Source: an uncultured delta proteobacterium | GTDB taxonomy: Bacteria; Desulfobacterota; Desulfobacteria; Desulfobacterales; UBA11574 | Assembly: GCA_963790095.1 (NCBI GenBank) | Contig: CAWBNO010000029.1 | Span: 12,418 to 76,417, forward strand | DNA: 64,000 bases | Direction: 5' to 3' | Shown here: one piece after another, positions 39,393-49,564 of the stretch | How positions within the stretch are numbered: position 1 is the stretch's first letter | How the letters are laid out: every line of letters begins with the position of its first letter | Notes under the pieces: model-generated | What the model was told of the DNA's origin: nothing | Seen by the model: only the letters and a program-made list of their open reading frames with translations | Database searches by the model: none | Position numbers and translations under genes: made by a program

Positions 39393-40202
39393 TCATCCAG
39401 TGTTTAATCCGGCTTTCTCATATAAATCAAAAAAATGATGGGTGGGACCATGGCCGTGCCCGATGGACAACGAATGTTCGATGGCACCGGTGATATAGGC
39501 CTTGGAAAGGGTTACGGCTTCAAAAAAACTTTTTCCCAATGCCATGTTGGCGGCAATGGCCGAAGAAAATGTGCATCCCGTGCCATGGGTATTCTTGGTT
39601 TTCACCCAGTGACTTTTCAGCGCCTTGAATTCCAGACCGTCGGAGAGGATGTCCGTAGCGCGGTCTTCTTTAAGGTGCCCTCCTTTGACCACCACTTTTT
39701 TGGCGCCCAAACTCAGGATGTCAAGGGCTGCCTGTTTCATATCCTCCACAGTGGCAATTTTTCTGCCGACGAGGGCTTCAGTTTCGTAGATGTTGGGCGT
39801 GACGACTTCCGCCAACGGAAAAAGATAGTGTGTCAAAGCATCCTGGGCATCTTGATTGAGCAAACGATACCCGCTTTTGGAAATCATCACCGGATCGAGA
39901 ACGATCGGCGGCGATTCTACAGCTGTCAGTGCCGTTGCAATGGTCTGGATCAGCTCGATACTTGACACCATTCCGATTTTCACGGCATGGATTTTTACGT
40001 CATCAAACAGGCAAATAATCTGATCGTGCACGATCTTTGGCAGTATCTCCTGAATGTCATACACTTTCTGGGTATTCTGAACGGTTACAGCGGTGATGGC
40101 GCTCATACCGAAAACACCATGTGCTTGAAATGTTTTTAGATCCGCCTGGATTCCGGCACCGCCCGAAGCGTCGGAACCCGCAATGGTAAGGGCGACTCGC
40201 AT
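39393..40202 (-). CDS. thiD: hydroxymethylpyrimidine/phosphomethylpyrimidine kinase
   Basis: [26 protein letters not shown]; downstream of a TPP riboswitch. Confidence 0.95.
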   Translation of the reverse strand: MRVALTIAGSDASGGAGIQADLKTFQAHGVFGMSAITAVTVQNTQKVYDIQEILPKIVHDQIICLFDDVKIHAVKIGMVSSIELIQTIATALTAVESPPIVLDPVMISKSGYRLLNQDAQDALTHYLFPLAEVVTPNIYETEALVGRKIATVEDMKQAALDILSLGAKKVVVKGGHLKEDRATDILSDGLEFKALKSHWVKTKNTHGTGCTFSSAIAANMALGKSFFEAVTLSKAYITGAIEHSLSIGHGHGPTHHFFDLYEKAGLNTG

Positions 40203-40323
40203 GAAAAACCTCCTGACCCGGGTAGATCGCCATTGGGTCAATTTATTGAGAAATTACGAAATTCGCAGGGAATTGAAAACCGATGAAAAAATGGCGGAGT
40301 AGAAAAACGTGATGGAACTGCTC

Positions 40324-40410
40324 TCCGATTTCCCTACGACAGTGCGAACTGTATCAGGTTCAAAGGGTATGCTCTCAGTTCTGCGATAAAATCAGAACAC
40401 CCCTATCCGG
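40324..40410 (-). ncRNA. TPP riboswitch (thiD)
   Basis: GGGGTG...CTGAGA..ATACCCTTTGAACCTGAT..AGT....ACTGTCGTAGGGAA. Confidence 0.9.
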
Positions 40411-40521
40411 ATTTTGATCATCCCCTATCAGGATGAAAAAAAATTAGCAAGTTTTTTGTTATCCACCCACCGGTTACCTGTTTGACAAACAGAGATACTC
40501 GTGTTAGCAATCAGGCATTGA

Positions 40522-40616
40522 GTCACTGGGGGAGCCGAATGCACATCGGCTGAGAGGAGGCGGTAGGCCTCGACCCCTGGAACCTGATCCGGATCATGCC
40601 GGCGTAGGGAAGTTGA
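40522..40616 (+). ncRNA. TPP riboswitch (ABC transporter)
   Basis: GGGGGAGCC...GGCTGAGAG...GACCCCTGGAACCTGATCCGGATCATGCCGGCGTAGGGAA. Confidence 0.93.
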
Positions 40617-40705
40617 TAAAAACACATCTTTATTTTTCCTTCCTTTCCCCGGCTTCGATCCATGCGGAAATAATTCCATTTTTTAAACAATCTGTATATT
40701 GCACC

Positions 40706-41488
40706 ATGAATAACAGCACCAAAACCTTTGCCGGGCAGGGAAAACGTCCATCTGCACCGAGCGTTATTCTGGAAAATGTATCTTTTTCATATCCCGGCGA
40801 ACCGATCTTTCGCGATTTGGATTTTACCGTGAAGGGCGGCCAGTGGACGTGCCTCATCGGTCCCAGTGGTTGTGGGAAATCTACCTTGCTCCGATTGATT
40901 TCCGGGACCCTTCGTGAGAACTTTTCCGGCAAAATTCACTTCAGCGACGGGAACAGCCACACTGGACGTACCGCCTGGATGGCCCAAAAAGATTTGCTGC
41001 TCCCCTGGTTGAGCGTCCTGGATAATGTCTGCCTGGGGTCACGTTTGCGGGACGAAATGTCCCATGAGAAACGGCAAAAAGCGATCTCACTGCTGGAAGA
41101 TGCCGGCCTGGGCGAATATCGAGATTCACTCCCTTCAGCGCTCTCGGGTGGCATGCGCCAACGGGTGGCACTTTTACGGACGCTCATGGAAGAACGTCCG
41201 GTTATCCTGATGGACGAACCGTTTTCAGCACTCGATGCCTTAACAAGACTCAAACTTCAGGACCTTGCAGCCCGCCTGGTTGAAGGTGCGACCGTTTTAA
41301 TGGTGACCCATGATCCTTTGGAGGCATTGCGTCTTGGGCACAGGATATACGTGATGACCCACCGGCCGGCAACGTTGAGCAAGGTCCTGATTCCCCCCGG
41401 GTCCCCGCCCCGGGAACCCGGTGATCCTGCCATTGTATCCTTACAGGCGAAATTGCTCCACCGGCTTGTGGGAAAGGACAACCCATGA
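40706..41488 (+). CDS. thiamine-precursor ABC transporter ATPase (ThiZ-like)
   Basis: GPSGCGKS, LSGGMRQR, LMDEPF; TPP-controlled. Confidence 0.88.
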   Translation: MNNSTKTFAGQGKRPSAPSVILENVSFSYPGEPIFRDLDFTVKGGQWTCLIGPSGCGKSTLLRLISGTLRENFSGKIHFSDGNSHTGRTAWMAQKDLLLPWLSVLDNVCLGSRLRDEMSHEKRQKAISLLEDAGLGEYRDSLPSALSGGMRQRVALLRTLMEERPVILMDEPFSALDALTRLKLQDLAARLVEGATVLMVTHDPLEALRLGHRIYVMTHRPATLSKVLIPPGSPPREPGDPAIVSLQAKLLHRLVGKDNP

Positions 41489-42231
41489 GAATCATACGTC
41501 TTATTTCCATCGCCGTTGGATTGGTCCTGGTATGGCAGACCATTGTCCTTTTGACCCATGTCCCCCCCTATATTCTGCCGGGACCCCTAAATGTCGCCAA
41601 AGCCGCGTTGACCCATTCAGAGCCCTTGTTCGATCATGCCATGACAACGTTGCTTGAAATTGTTGCCGGCTTACTCCTCGGAACATTATTGGGGACCCTA
41701 AGCGCCCTGTCCATGATTGCGTCCTTTTCTCTCAAAAGATGGCTCTTCCCCGTACTGGTCATCAGTCAGGCGATCCCTGTATTTGCCCTTGCGCCCCTAT
41801 TGGTCCTCTGGTTCGGATACGGCATGAGCTCAAAGATTGCCATGGCTGTCCTGATAATTTTCTTTCCGGTCACGGCAGCGTTCTATGACGGATTGCGCAG
41901 TACAGAACCCGAATGGCTGGAACTTGCCCGGGTCATGAACGCAAAGCCCCTTGCGATAATTCGGCAGATTCGGATTCCTTCGGCACTGCCTGCATTCACT
42001 TCAGGCCTCCGGGTGGCCACCGCGGTCGCCCCCATCGGCGCCGTTGTCGGGGAATGGGTCGGGTCCAGCAGGGGCCTCGGTTTTTATATGCTCCACGCCA
42101 ATGCGCGCATGCAAATCGATATCATGTTCGCAGCACTTGTGGTCCTCGGGGTCCTGTCCCTGGCCATCTACTTTTCAGTGGACTGGGCAATGATAAAAAT
42201 CGTTTATTGGCAGAAAGAAGAAACAGAATAA
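41485..42231 (+). CDS. ABC transporter permease (ThiX-like)
   Basis: QAIPVFALAPL, APIGAVVGEW. Confidence 0.88.
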   Translation: MRIIRLISIAVGLVLVWQTIVLLTHVPPYILPGPLNVAKAALTHSEPLFDHAMTTLLEIVAGLLLGTLLGTLSALSMIASFSLKRWLFPVLVISQAIPVFALAPLLVLWFGYGMSSKIAMAVLIIFFPVTAAFYDGLRSTEPEWLELARVMNAKPLAIIRQIRIPSALPAFTSGLRVATAVAPIGAVVGEWVGSSRGLGFYMLHANARMQIDIMFAALVVLGVLSLAIYFSVDWAMIKIVYWQKEETE

Positions 42232-42244
42232 GAGGGGACGAAAT

Positions 42245-43195
42245 ATGAAACGAATATCCTTAACATTGTTTTTCATCCTAATGGTCCTGTGGGGAGGGTT
42301 CTCCACGGATATTCATGCCTCGGACAACGTCACGGTGGTGCTCGACTGGTTCATAAATCCGGACCATGGACCACTTTTTGTGGCGTTGGAAAAAGGATTC
42401 TTCAACCAGCGGGGACTGGAGGTCGAATTTCAGGTTCCTTCCAACCCAAATGATCCGCCGAAACTGGTTTCAGCCAAAAAGGCCGACATTGCCGTATCTT
42501 ATCAGCCCCAGCATTATCTTCATGTGGATCAGGGCCTGCCGGTAGTTCGAATCGCCACGTTAATCGCAACCCCACTGAATACATTGGTCGTTCTGGCAGA
42601 CAGTGATATCAAATCGATTTCCGGCCTTAAAGGTAAAACCGTCGGTTATTCAATCGGTGGTTTTGAAACCGTTATTCTAAAGGCCATGCTCAACACCCAA
42701 GGGCTGAGTCTGGATGACATCAAACTGGTGAATGTTAATTTCTCCCTGTCCCCGTCCCTGTTTTCCGGAGCAACGGACGCCGTCATCGGCGCCTTCCGAA
42801 ATTTTGAATTGAATCAGATGGATATCGAAGGACGCCCCGGCCGGGCCTTTTTTGTGGAGGAATATGGGATTCCCCCCTATGACGAGCTCATACTCGTTGC
42901 CCACAACGATAATCTCAAAAACCCAAAATTGAGAAAATTCATTGATGCAATGGAAGCAGGTGTTCGGTTTCTGGTCAATCATCCGGAAGAAAGCTGGACG
43001 TTATTTGTTCGGGGACGAAAGGATCTGGATAATAAGCTCAATCGTTTGGCATGGCGGGATACCCTTCCGCGTTTTGCTCTTCGCCCGGGGGCGCTGGATC
43101 ACGCCCGTTATGAGCGCTTTGCAAAATTTCTAAAAACCCAGGGCTTGATTCACCGAATACCGCCACTCGACAGTTATGCCATCGAATTAAAATAA
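42245..43195 (+). CDS. NMT1/THI5-like substrate-binding protein (ThiY-like)
   Basis: signal peptide, LDWFINPDH, SYQP, FRNFE. Confidence 0.88.
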   Translation: MKRISLTLFFILMVLWGGFSTDIHASDNVTVVLDWFINPDHGPLFVALEKGFFNQRGLEVEFQVPSNPNDPPKLVSAKKADIAVSYQPQHYLHVDQGLPVVRIATLIATPLNTLVVLADSDIKSISGLKGKTVGYSIGGFETVILKAMLNTQGLSLDDIKLVNVNFSLSPSLFSGATDAVIGAFRNFELNQMDIEGRPGRAFFVEEYGIPPYDELILVAHNDNLKNPKLRKFIDAMEAGVRFLVNHPEESWTLFVRGRKDLDNKLNRLAWRDTLPRFALRPGALDHARYERFAKFLKTQGLIHRIPPLDSYAIELK

Positions 43196-43274
43196 GGAAA
43201 TAAAGATGACGTTGCCGAACGATTTGTGGCCGGCGAACCAGGACCTTTCCCAGGCCGCTTTTAACAGTGTCAGC

Positions 43275-43640
43275 TTATTGTTTCCTAATTTTTTTGTCGC
43301 TTTTTTCTGAATATTTTTCCAGACGTTTGAAACGGTTCATGGCTGATTTTGCAAACCGGCCAATGACTCGGGGCAAGTCGGAATGGTTCCATACGGAAGT
43401 GAACGCATCTTGAGAAAAAAGACGCTTGTTCATTTTGTAATGGGGCTCATGGTCCAAAATAAGGGTGACGTCTTCACGGCCAAAATCGATGTTACCTTCA
43501 AAAACATTTTTACATAATTCCATGATGGTGTGGACGAAAAAATTTAACACATCCTCGGTGGACTCCGCCAAGTTCAGTTTTTTCCTGAAGTCCGGAAGGA
43601 CTTCATTCTCGTACTTGGTAAAGGAAATCTGTTGAACCAT
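43275..43640 (-). CDS. conserved-looking hypothetical protein
   Basis: AGGAGG RBS, 121-aa ORF (SFTKYE..AESTEDV..SDLP). Confidence 0.65.
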   Translation of the reverse strand: MVQQISFTKYENEVLPDFRKKLNLAESTEDVLNFFVHTIMELCKNVFEGNIDFGREDVTLILDHEPHYKMNKRLFSQDAFTSVWNHSDLPRVIGRFAKSAMNRFKRLEKYSEKSDKKIRKQ

Positions 43641-43884
43641 GCCGTCCTCCTTTTTATATTTGGAGTGAAAGAGATTTTTGGGTTGATGGGATTAGATTTG
43701 GCTTCGTGCATGATAGGGTCGTTAAATTTCCAGGCGGAGGTAGATAATCATTTATAACGTGTTGGCATTTAACCCAAAACGAAAACTATTGTCCTCATTT
43801 CTTGGTCCTTTTAAAATACCACAAAGCAATCATTTTATCAACATTATTTATTTCAATATAAAAATACCCAAACCTCAAAATGAA

Positions 43885-43956
43885 GATCCCCGCAGCCCCG
43901 TTGGCGGGATTTCCGTTTCACTCCGACAAGCTGCAGGGTATTCAGACGAAGGCGAA
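43885..43956. repeat. REP-like palindromic element
   Basis: CCCGCAGC ... GCTGCAGGG arms around an inner CCCG/CGGG hairpin, plus TTCAGACGAAGGCGAA. Confidence 0.4.
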
Positions 43957-44071
43957 CAAACAACAACATACCATGAGGCGGACTTTGGGCACTTCATTGT
44001 TCGTGGCCTTTAAGCATATGCCTTTTTAGACATCCCACCGATTTAAACACCCCACCGAGGGATAACTGTCT

Positions 44072-45100
44072 TTAGTTTTTGAACTGGTACCCCAATAGGA
44101 AGAGAAATTTCGTGTCCTCCTCGGTTTTTGCATCCGCCGAAGGCTGATTGTCCCAGTCGTAGTTATATTGTAGGGTTGCTGTAAGTCCTTTATAGATAGG
44201 GAATCTCAATCCCGTACGGGTCTTGACAAACCAATCACTTGCATTTTCAAGACTTACGTATCCGGTTTGAACGTGAAAAAGCTGAAGGAATTCCTCGAAA
44301 AAATACTGATCATAATTGACGGACCAGCTCCCGGCAGGATAGTCATTGTCTTCGGCCACATCAAAGTTCTCGTCGACCATGGCGAGCCCGGCGGATACGG
44401 AAAGGTTCAGCAGAGGTGTTTCGAATATCTGGTACCCTCCCCCGACACCCAGAGTCGACCTAAGATTCAGGTCTTTGAACTTATCATGTTCCATAAGCGT
44501 GTTGGCATATAAATACCATTTTTCGTCCAAGAAATGGCTGTAATTTCCATAGGCGAGCCAGTTCTCAGTGGTTGTTTCACCCTCCGCCCTCTCATTGGCC
44601 AACTCACCGCCCAGGGTATACCGGTTCTTTTTCGTACGGGCGACAAATTCACCGTCAAAATAATAGTTGTCTTTGATGGTATTGCCTCTCTGGTTGACCA
44701 TACTCGCATTGACCCGGGTGGCGATCTTCACAGGTTTGACAGGTTTGGGATTAATCGCCTTCACATCCGCCAGGCTGAAAGAAGCCGGTGATTCGAGCTT
44801 GCCGGTATCCAATTTCATTTTTCCGGACTCGATGGGCGCCGTGTTTCCTTCAAGAGCCGTTTCATCGTTGAGCACGACTTTCACGGGATCATCCGCCATT
44901 ACGCTGGCCACCTCCTTCCAAGCGATGGCGATTTCCCCGGCATAGGTGGTTTTCAGAACCAGCTTTTCTTCTTCCATCCTGACCACCTGGCCGGTGAGTT
45001 TGTCCCCGTTTGTTAACCGGACCTCATCGGCAAGACTATTTCCAGCCATAAGAAAACCGACCGTGAGCAGGATAAACAAAGGGATTAAGTTTATTTTCAT
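44072..45100 (-). CDS. DUF481-like outer-membrane beta-barrel
   Basis: signal peptide, DEVRLTNGDKLTG N-domain, amphipathic strands, LGYQF end. Confidence 0.8.
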   Translation of the reverse strand: MKINLIPLFILLTVGFLMAGNSLADEVRLTNGDKLTGQVVRMEEEKLVLKTTYAGEIAIAWKEVASVMADDPVKVVLNDETALEGNTAPIESGKMKLDTGKLESPASFSLADVKAINPKPVKPVKIATRVNASMVNQRGNTIKDNYYFDGEFVARTKKNRYTLGGELANERAEGETTTENWLAYGNYSHFLDEKWYLYANTLMEHDKFKDLNLRSTLGVGGGYQIFETPLLNLSVSAGLAMVDENFDVAEDNDYPAGSWSVNYDQYFFEEFLQLFHVQTGYVSLENASDWFVKTRTGLRFPIYKGLTATLQYNYDWDNQPSADAKTEEDTKFLFLLGYQFKN

Positions 45101-45278
45101 TTCAAACCTCCTTCTGATAGACGCGTTTTCAAGATAAACTTCTGGATTGTTTTTAATAAGAAATTACTTTTGGAAGATAGAATATTCGAAATATCTACAT
45201 CTTGCACAAGGACCGGATGAATGTCAACATGTTGGATCATTCGGAATGTATGGATATGGATGCCCTGGATGCGTGGAA

Positions 45279-45677
45279 TTAAAGATCAGCCAAAAGCGCA
45301 TCAAATTTGACGCCGATTCCCCTTGAATCTACCCGAACGATTTTTCCCGCAATTTTGATCGGAACTTCCCCGTTGGTAACAGAAAAGGTCATGGAAAGGC
45401 TTTGTCCGACAAAGAAAGGAAGTTGGGTGTCCAGCCTCAGTCCGCCGGCACTTAAATTTTGAATAAAATCCGTAAAAGCGCATTGGTTGCCTGAACAATC
45501 CACATGAATAAAGGTAGATTTTCTTGGATGTTTCCGTCGCTCTTGGTATTTGGGCCGCCATCGTACCTCCAATTTTTCCAGGAGGCCTCGCGTCTCTGAT
45601 TCGGGCATATTAAAGATTAATTCAAACAAACGGCCCCGGACTTCGGTGATGCTTATTTTTTCGTCGGTCACTGTCAT
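45279..45677 (-). CDS. PilZ-domain protein
   Basis: RKHPR and NLSAGG c-di-GMP-binding motifs. Confidence 0.85.
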   Translation of the reverse strand: MTVTDEKISITEVRGRLFELIFNMPESETRGLLEKLEVRWRPKYQERRKHPRKSTFIHVDCSGNQCAFTDFIQNLSAGGLRLDTQLPFFVGQSLSMTFSVTNGEVPIKIAGKIVRVDSRGIGVKFDALLADL

Positions 45678-45863
45678 CGGCTTTTTTTCTTATTTTTTAA
45701 AAAAGATTGAAGGTCCCTGTCATAACTCTCTAAAGGAAGGATATCATCCATCCGTTCAAAGACATCTCATCGACCATACGCCGGATTTTCGCCCTGCCTT
45801 CACCCAATCAAGATAATTCCATCAAAAAAGGGGCTGCTGATTAAGCCAACCCCTTATGATCAT

Positions 45864-45939
45864 TGGTGGAGCTGAGGGGGCTCGAACCCCTGACCTCATG
45901 ACTGCCAGTCATGCGCTCTCCCAGCTGAGCTACAGCCCC
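45864..45939 (-). tRNA. tRNA-Ala(GGC)
   Basis: GGGGCTGTAGCTCAGCTGGGAGAGCG..GGC anticodon..GGTTCGA..CCA, 76 nt, G3:U70. Confidence 0.97.
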
Positions 45940-46017
45940 ATATGGAAACTGAGAATTAACAAAAGGTGATATGGGTGTCAATAATTATTTTGGGCGGAAA
46001 TTTACGACGAGAAGGTA

Positions 46018-46046
46018 TTGACAAAAGTCACGATGAAAAATAGTAT
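46018..46046 (+). promoter_or_regulatory. sigma70 promoter
   Basis: TTGACA-17 bp-TAGTAT upstream of 46155. Confidence 0.6.
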
Positions 46047-46154
46047 AGGTGTTTTACAAATTACAACTTACTGAACATACAAGAATTTAACTTAGATGAA
46101 CGTCAACGCTATTAAAACGATCTATAAAAATTAAATATTATGTAAGGTAAAACA

Positions 46155-46403
46155 ATGGATCCGAAAAACTTTATGGGAATCCCCAAAAATTTTACCTCTC
46201 CGGCCAAAGAAAACGGGGCCTTTCGGGAGTTTGATGCCACGGAGCTTTTCTGTCCAAAGTGCAAGGGCCCGGTCCCGGTTCGCAAACGCCTTCTGCTGGT
46301 GCTGCCAGAAGGCGATAAATATGAATATCTGTGCGGGTTCTGCGCCGAGTCTGTTGGATATAAGATCGATCGGCACTTGAAACCCCCAACGGTCATTATC
46401 TAA
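46155..46403 (+). CDS. small zinc-ribbon protein
   Basis: CPKC...YLCGFC. Confidence 0.7.
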   Translation: MDPKNFMGIPKNFTSPAKENGAFREFDATELFCPKCKGPVPVRKRLLLVLPEGDKYEYLCGFCAESVGYKIDRHLKPPTVII

Positions 46404-46436
46404 ACCGAACACAACACTTAGGTAAAAAGGAATTTT

Positions 46437-48329
46437 ATGCTCAGGTTAATGCGGGAACAAGCGGGCAGCTGGCTAATTAAAGTACTTTTAGGTGCAATCG
46501 TTATCGTGTTTGTATTCTGGGGTGTCGGAAGTTTCAGGTCACAAAGAGGCGACCGGATTGCCACCGTCAACGGTGACCCGATTAACCTGGACGAATATAG
46601 AAAGACCTTCGATAATCTTATTGATCAGTTGCGCAGAAGATTCGGGAACAGCCTGGATGAAGATATGATCAAGAATCTTCAGGTAAAAAAACAGGCCTTA
46701 AATCAGCTGATCAACAACACCCTGTTGCTACAGGAAGCCGAAAGGCTTAAAATTCGAGTTTCCGACACAGAGCTTGCCACCGCAATTTCGGAAATTGGGG
46801 CGTTTCAGAGAGCCGGAAGATTTGATAAGCAACTTTATAGAAGAATGCTGGACCGGCTGAGAATGACCCCCGAAGAGTTTGAAGTGACGCAAAGAAATGC
46901 CATGATGATTGAAAAATTATCGGCCCTCGTCACCGGTGGTGTCAAAATTTCAGACCAGGAAGCCATGGAATGGTTCAACTGGGCCAATGCTTCTGTAGAT
47001 ATCGAATTCGTCCTCTTCGAGCCCGACGCTTACAAAGATGTCAACCCTTCTTTGGAGGAAACAAAAACATTCTTTGAGGGTCATAAAGAGAATTACAAAA
47101 CCGAAGCCATGGTAAAAGTCCGCTACTTGTATTTTAATCCGGACACATATGGTTCTAAAGTGACGATTTCCGATGAAGAGCTCCTGGAATATTATAACGA
47201 AAACCGGGACGCCTTTAAAATACCGAAAACTGTCGAGGCCAGACATATTCTTTTTAAAGTCGATGAAAATGCCACCCCTGATTCTGTGAAAAAGATACAA
47301 GAACACGCCCTGGACATATTGAAATTGGCCAAGGAAGGCAAAGATTTTGCCGAACTGGCCAAACAGTATTCAGATGGGCCGACTCGGGATAGCGGCGGAT
47401 ACCTCGGTACATTCAGAAAGGAAGACATGGTTCAACCCTTTGCAGATATGGCCTTTTCCTTGAAAGCCGGAGAAATCGGCGACCCGGTTCGCACCCAATT
47501 CGGATGGCACATCGTTAAAGTTGAAAAGGTAAACGAAGCATCTGTTCTTTCTTTTGACGAAGCTAAAGGGCAGATAAAAAAGAAACTGACCCAAGAAAGG
47601 GTCAAAAGTCTTGCTTACGACGCTGCAGAGTCGGTGGCCGATGCTTCCTTTCAAGAAGACGATCTTTTAAAATTGGCAAAAGAACGAAACCTGAAAGTTT
47701 TAACCACGGATTTCTTTTCACGAAAAGGTCCGGAAAAAGGAACCAGCGACCCTTCAAAATTTGCTTCGATTGCGTTTAACCTGGTGGTTGGGGAAATCAG
47801 TGATATCCAGGAATTCAAAAACGGATATTATCTTATCCAGCTTATGGATAAACTTCCGCCGAAGATACCCGAATTCACCCAGGTAAAGGAAACGGTCAGG
47901 GCTGATTGGGTCCAGGAAAAACAGGAAGAAAAAGCAAAATTGGATGCCGATGCATTTCTGGCAGCTTTAAAGAGCGGCAAATCCATGGACGCGGAAAGCA
48001 AACAATTCAATTTAACGCCGACATCCACCGGTTTTTTTAAGCGCAGTGACTCAATTCCTAAAATTGGTCCTGAACGGGGAATCGCCGAGGCTGCTTTTCA
48101 GCTCACCGACGAAAAAAAATTGGCGGAAACCGTCATAAAAGGTGCCAAAGGATATTATATTATTCAATTCAACGGCAGAAAAATGCCGGAAGCTGAAAAT
48201 TTTAACAAAGAAAAAGGCGATATCGAGAACAGGCTCTTGTCCCAAAAGCGATCCAGAACTTTCGATGCACTGCTATCACAAATTAGAAGCAAAAGTGAGA
48301 TTTCCATCAAAGACGGGTTCTTGGAATAG
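46437..48329 (+). CDS. ppiD: PpiD/SurA-like periplasmic chaperone, parvulin PPIase
   Basis: N-terminal anchor FVFWG, SurA-N, ARHIL, FAELAKQYS, GGYLG, FGWHIVK. Confidence 0.85.
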   Translation: MLRLMREQAGSWLIKVLLGAIVIVFVFWGVGSFRSQRGDRIATVNGDPINLDEYRKTFDNLIDQLRRRFGNSLDEDMIKNLQVKKQALNQLINNTLLLQEAERLKIRVSDTELATAISEIGAFQRAGRFDKQLYRRMLDRLRMTPEEFEVTQRNAMMIEKLSALVTGGVKISDQEAMEWFNWANASVDIEFVLFEPDAYKDVNPSLEETKTFFEGHKENYKTEAMVKVRYLYFNPDTYGSKVTISDEELLEYYNENRDAFKIPKTVEARHILFKVDENATPDSVKKIQEHALDILKLAKEGKDFAELAKQYSDGPTRDSGGYLGTFRKEDMVQPFADMAFSLKAGEIGDPVRTQFGWHIVKVEKVNEASVLSFDEAKGQIKKKLTQERVKSLAYDAAESVADASFQEDDLLKLAKERNLKVLTTDFFSRKGPEKGTSDPSKFASIAFNLVVGEISDIQEFKNGYYLIQLMDKLPPKIPEFTQVKETVRADWVQEKQEEKAKLDADAFLAALKSGKSMDAESKQFNLTPTSTGFFKRSDSIPKIGPERGIAEAAFQLTDEKKLAETVIKGAKGYYIIQFNGRKMPEAENFNKEKGDIENRLLSQKRSRTFDALLSQIRSKSEISIKDGFLE

Positions 48330-48444
48330 ATTTTTTTTATTTCTGATCCGGAATTCAAACTCGTTTGCGACGGGGGGTTCTCTTTTTTCCCGAATCCAGC
48401 GCCCTACCGCTAACGGATATAGATGGCATTCTAAAGGACAGCCG

Positions 48445-48627
48445 ATGAAAGATGAAAGCTTCAAAGATCAATGCGCTGATATGACCAAAGTATTTAGTAT
48501 ACAGATCCCCTGTAAACTCGCCGAAAGGGTCGAATCCTATGCATCTGCCAACAATACGACACACAACAGTGTCGTGATCGAGGCGTTGGATTCATTTTTA
48601 AGACATCAGACGAACAGGGTGGATTGA
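48445..48627 (+). CDS. small ribbon-helix-helix-like protein
   Basis: AAGGA RBS; FSIQIPCKLAERVESYA...VVIEALDSFL. Confidence 0.6.
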   Translation: MKDESFKDQCADMTKVFSIQIPCKLAERVESYASANNTTHNSVVIEALDSFLRHQTNRVD

Positions 48628-48716
48628 GGTGTTAAAGGCTGGGATGGATCAAAACCGCCGGGCACCTTTGGAAGAATCGGTTTTTCTGATCGGCGGGGCC
48701 GAACACGCAAAATTTA

Positions 48717-49133
48717 TCATTCTCCGATGATTTTCACCAGAACTCGCTTGCGTCGTCTGCCGTCAAACTCGCCGTAAAATATCTGCTCCCAGGTACCGAA
48801 ATCGAGTTTTCCATCGGTTACGGCAACCACCACTTCCCGGCCCATAATCTGTCTTTTCATGTGAGCATCCGCGTTGTCTTCTCCCACATTGTGCTTGTAC
48901 TGGGACACGGGTCCATACGGCGCCAGTTTTTCGAGCCAGACCTCGTAATCATAGTGAAGACCGGATTCGTCATCATTGATAAAAACAGAGGCTGTGATGT
49001 GCATGGCATTACAAAGGACAAGCCCTTCTTTGATACCGCTTTCACGCAAACATTCTCTTACTTGAGGCGTAATATTAACAAACCCCCGGCGGGAAGGTAC
49101 TTCAAACCACAATTCTTTTCGATAGCTTTTCAT
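48717..49133 (-). CDS. yjbQ: YjbQ/UPF0047 family protein
   Basis: [26 protein letters not shown]. Confidence 0.9.
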   Translation of the reverse strand: MKSYRKELWFEVPSRRGFVNITPQVRECLRESGIKEGLVLCNAMHITASVFINDDESGLHYDYEVWLEKLAPYGPVSQYKHNVGEDNADAHMKRQIMGREVVVAVTDGKLDFGTWEQIFYGEFDGRRRKRVLVKIIGE

Positions 49134-49194
49134 TTTGCCCCCCATTCGGTCCTATGTGGCCTTTGATGTCAAAGGGAATGACGCACTGAACTGT

Positions 49195-49333
49195 ACCGAC
49201 TGTGTATTGAAAAGAACAAGGCCTTTTTTTACGCTGCATTTTTTTAAAAGCCTTTTTTCCACCGAGGCGAAATATCGACAACCGCCTGCCGGGTCGGCAC
49301 CTTAAACCGTAACACTTTCCCATATGCTTTCAT
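49195..49333 (-). pseudogene. decayed duplicate of the yjbQ 5' end
   Basis: MKAYGKVLRFKVPTRQAVVDISP then, after a frameshift, VEKRLLKKCSVKKGLVLFN; aligns with [42 protein letters not shown]. Confidence 0.7.
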
Positions 49334-49564
49334 TGCCGTTCCCACTGTAGACTTCGTCCAATATTTGAGATATATTCTATTATTTTATTATTATCAATCA
49401 TTATATAAAGAACCCGGACCAGAGGAACCGGCTTTGGTTTACCCTTGGAAGGGGATTGTTTTTACATAGATCAAGTGCATAAAGTGGCTATTTATCCCGT
49501 TAAACTTTGGTTCACTTCAAACTCTCCCAGCGATTCTTCAGGCCGAGCCGGAGGAAGAGACAGG

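Noticed and set aside
45730-45822. MELS-UGA mini-ORF downstream of tRNA-Ala as a selenoprotein
   Set aside because: No RBS, no recognisable Cys-homolog motif, and it starts next to the tRNA terminator-like hairpin.
45864-45939. tRNA-Ala as an island integration site
   Set aside because: No duplicated tRNA 3' end and no integrase seen in the window.
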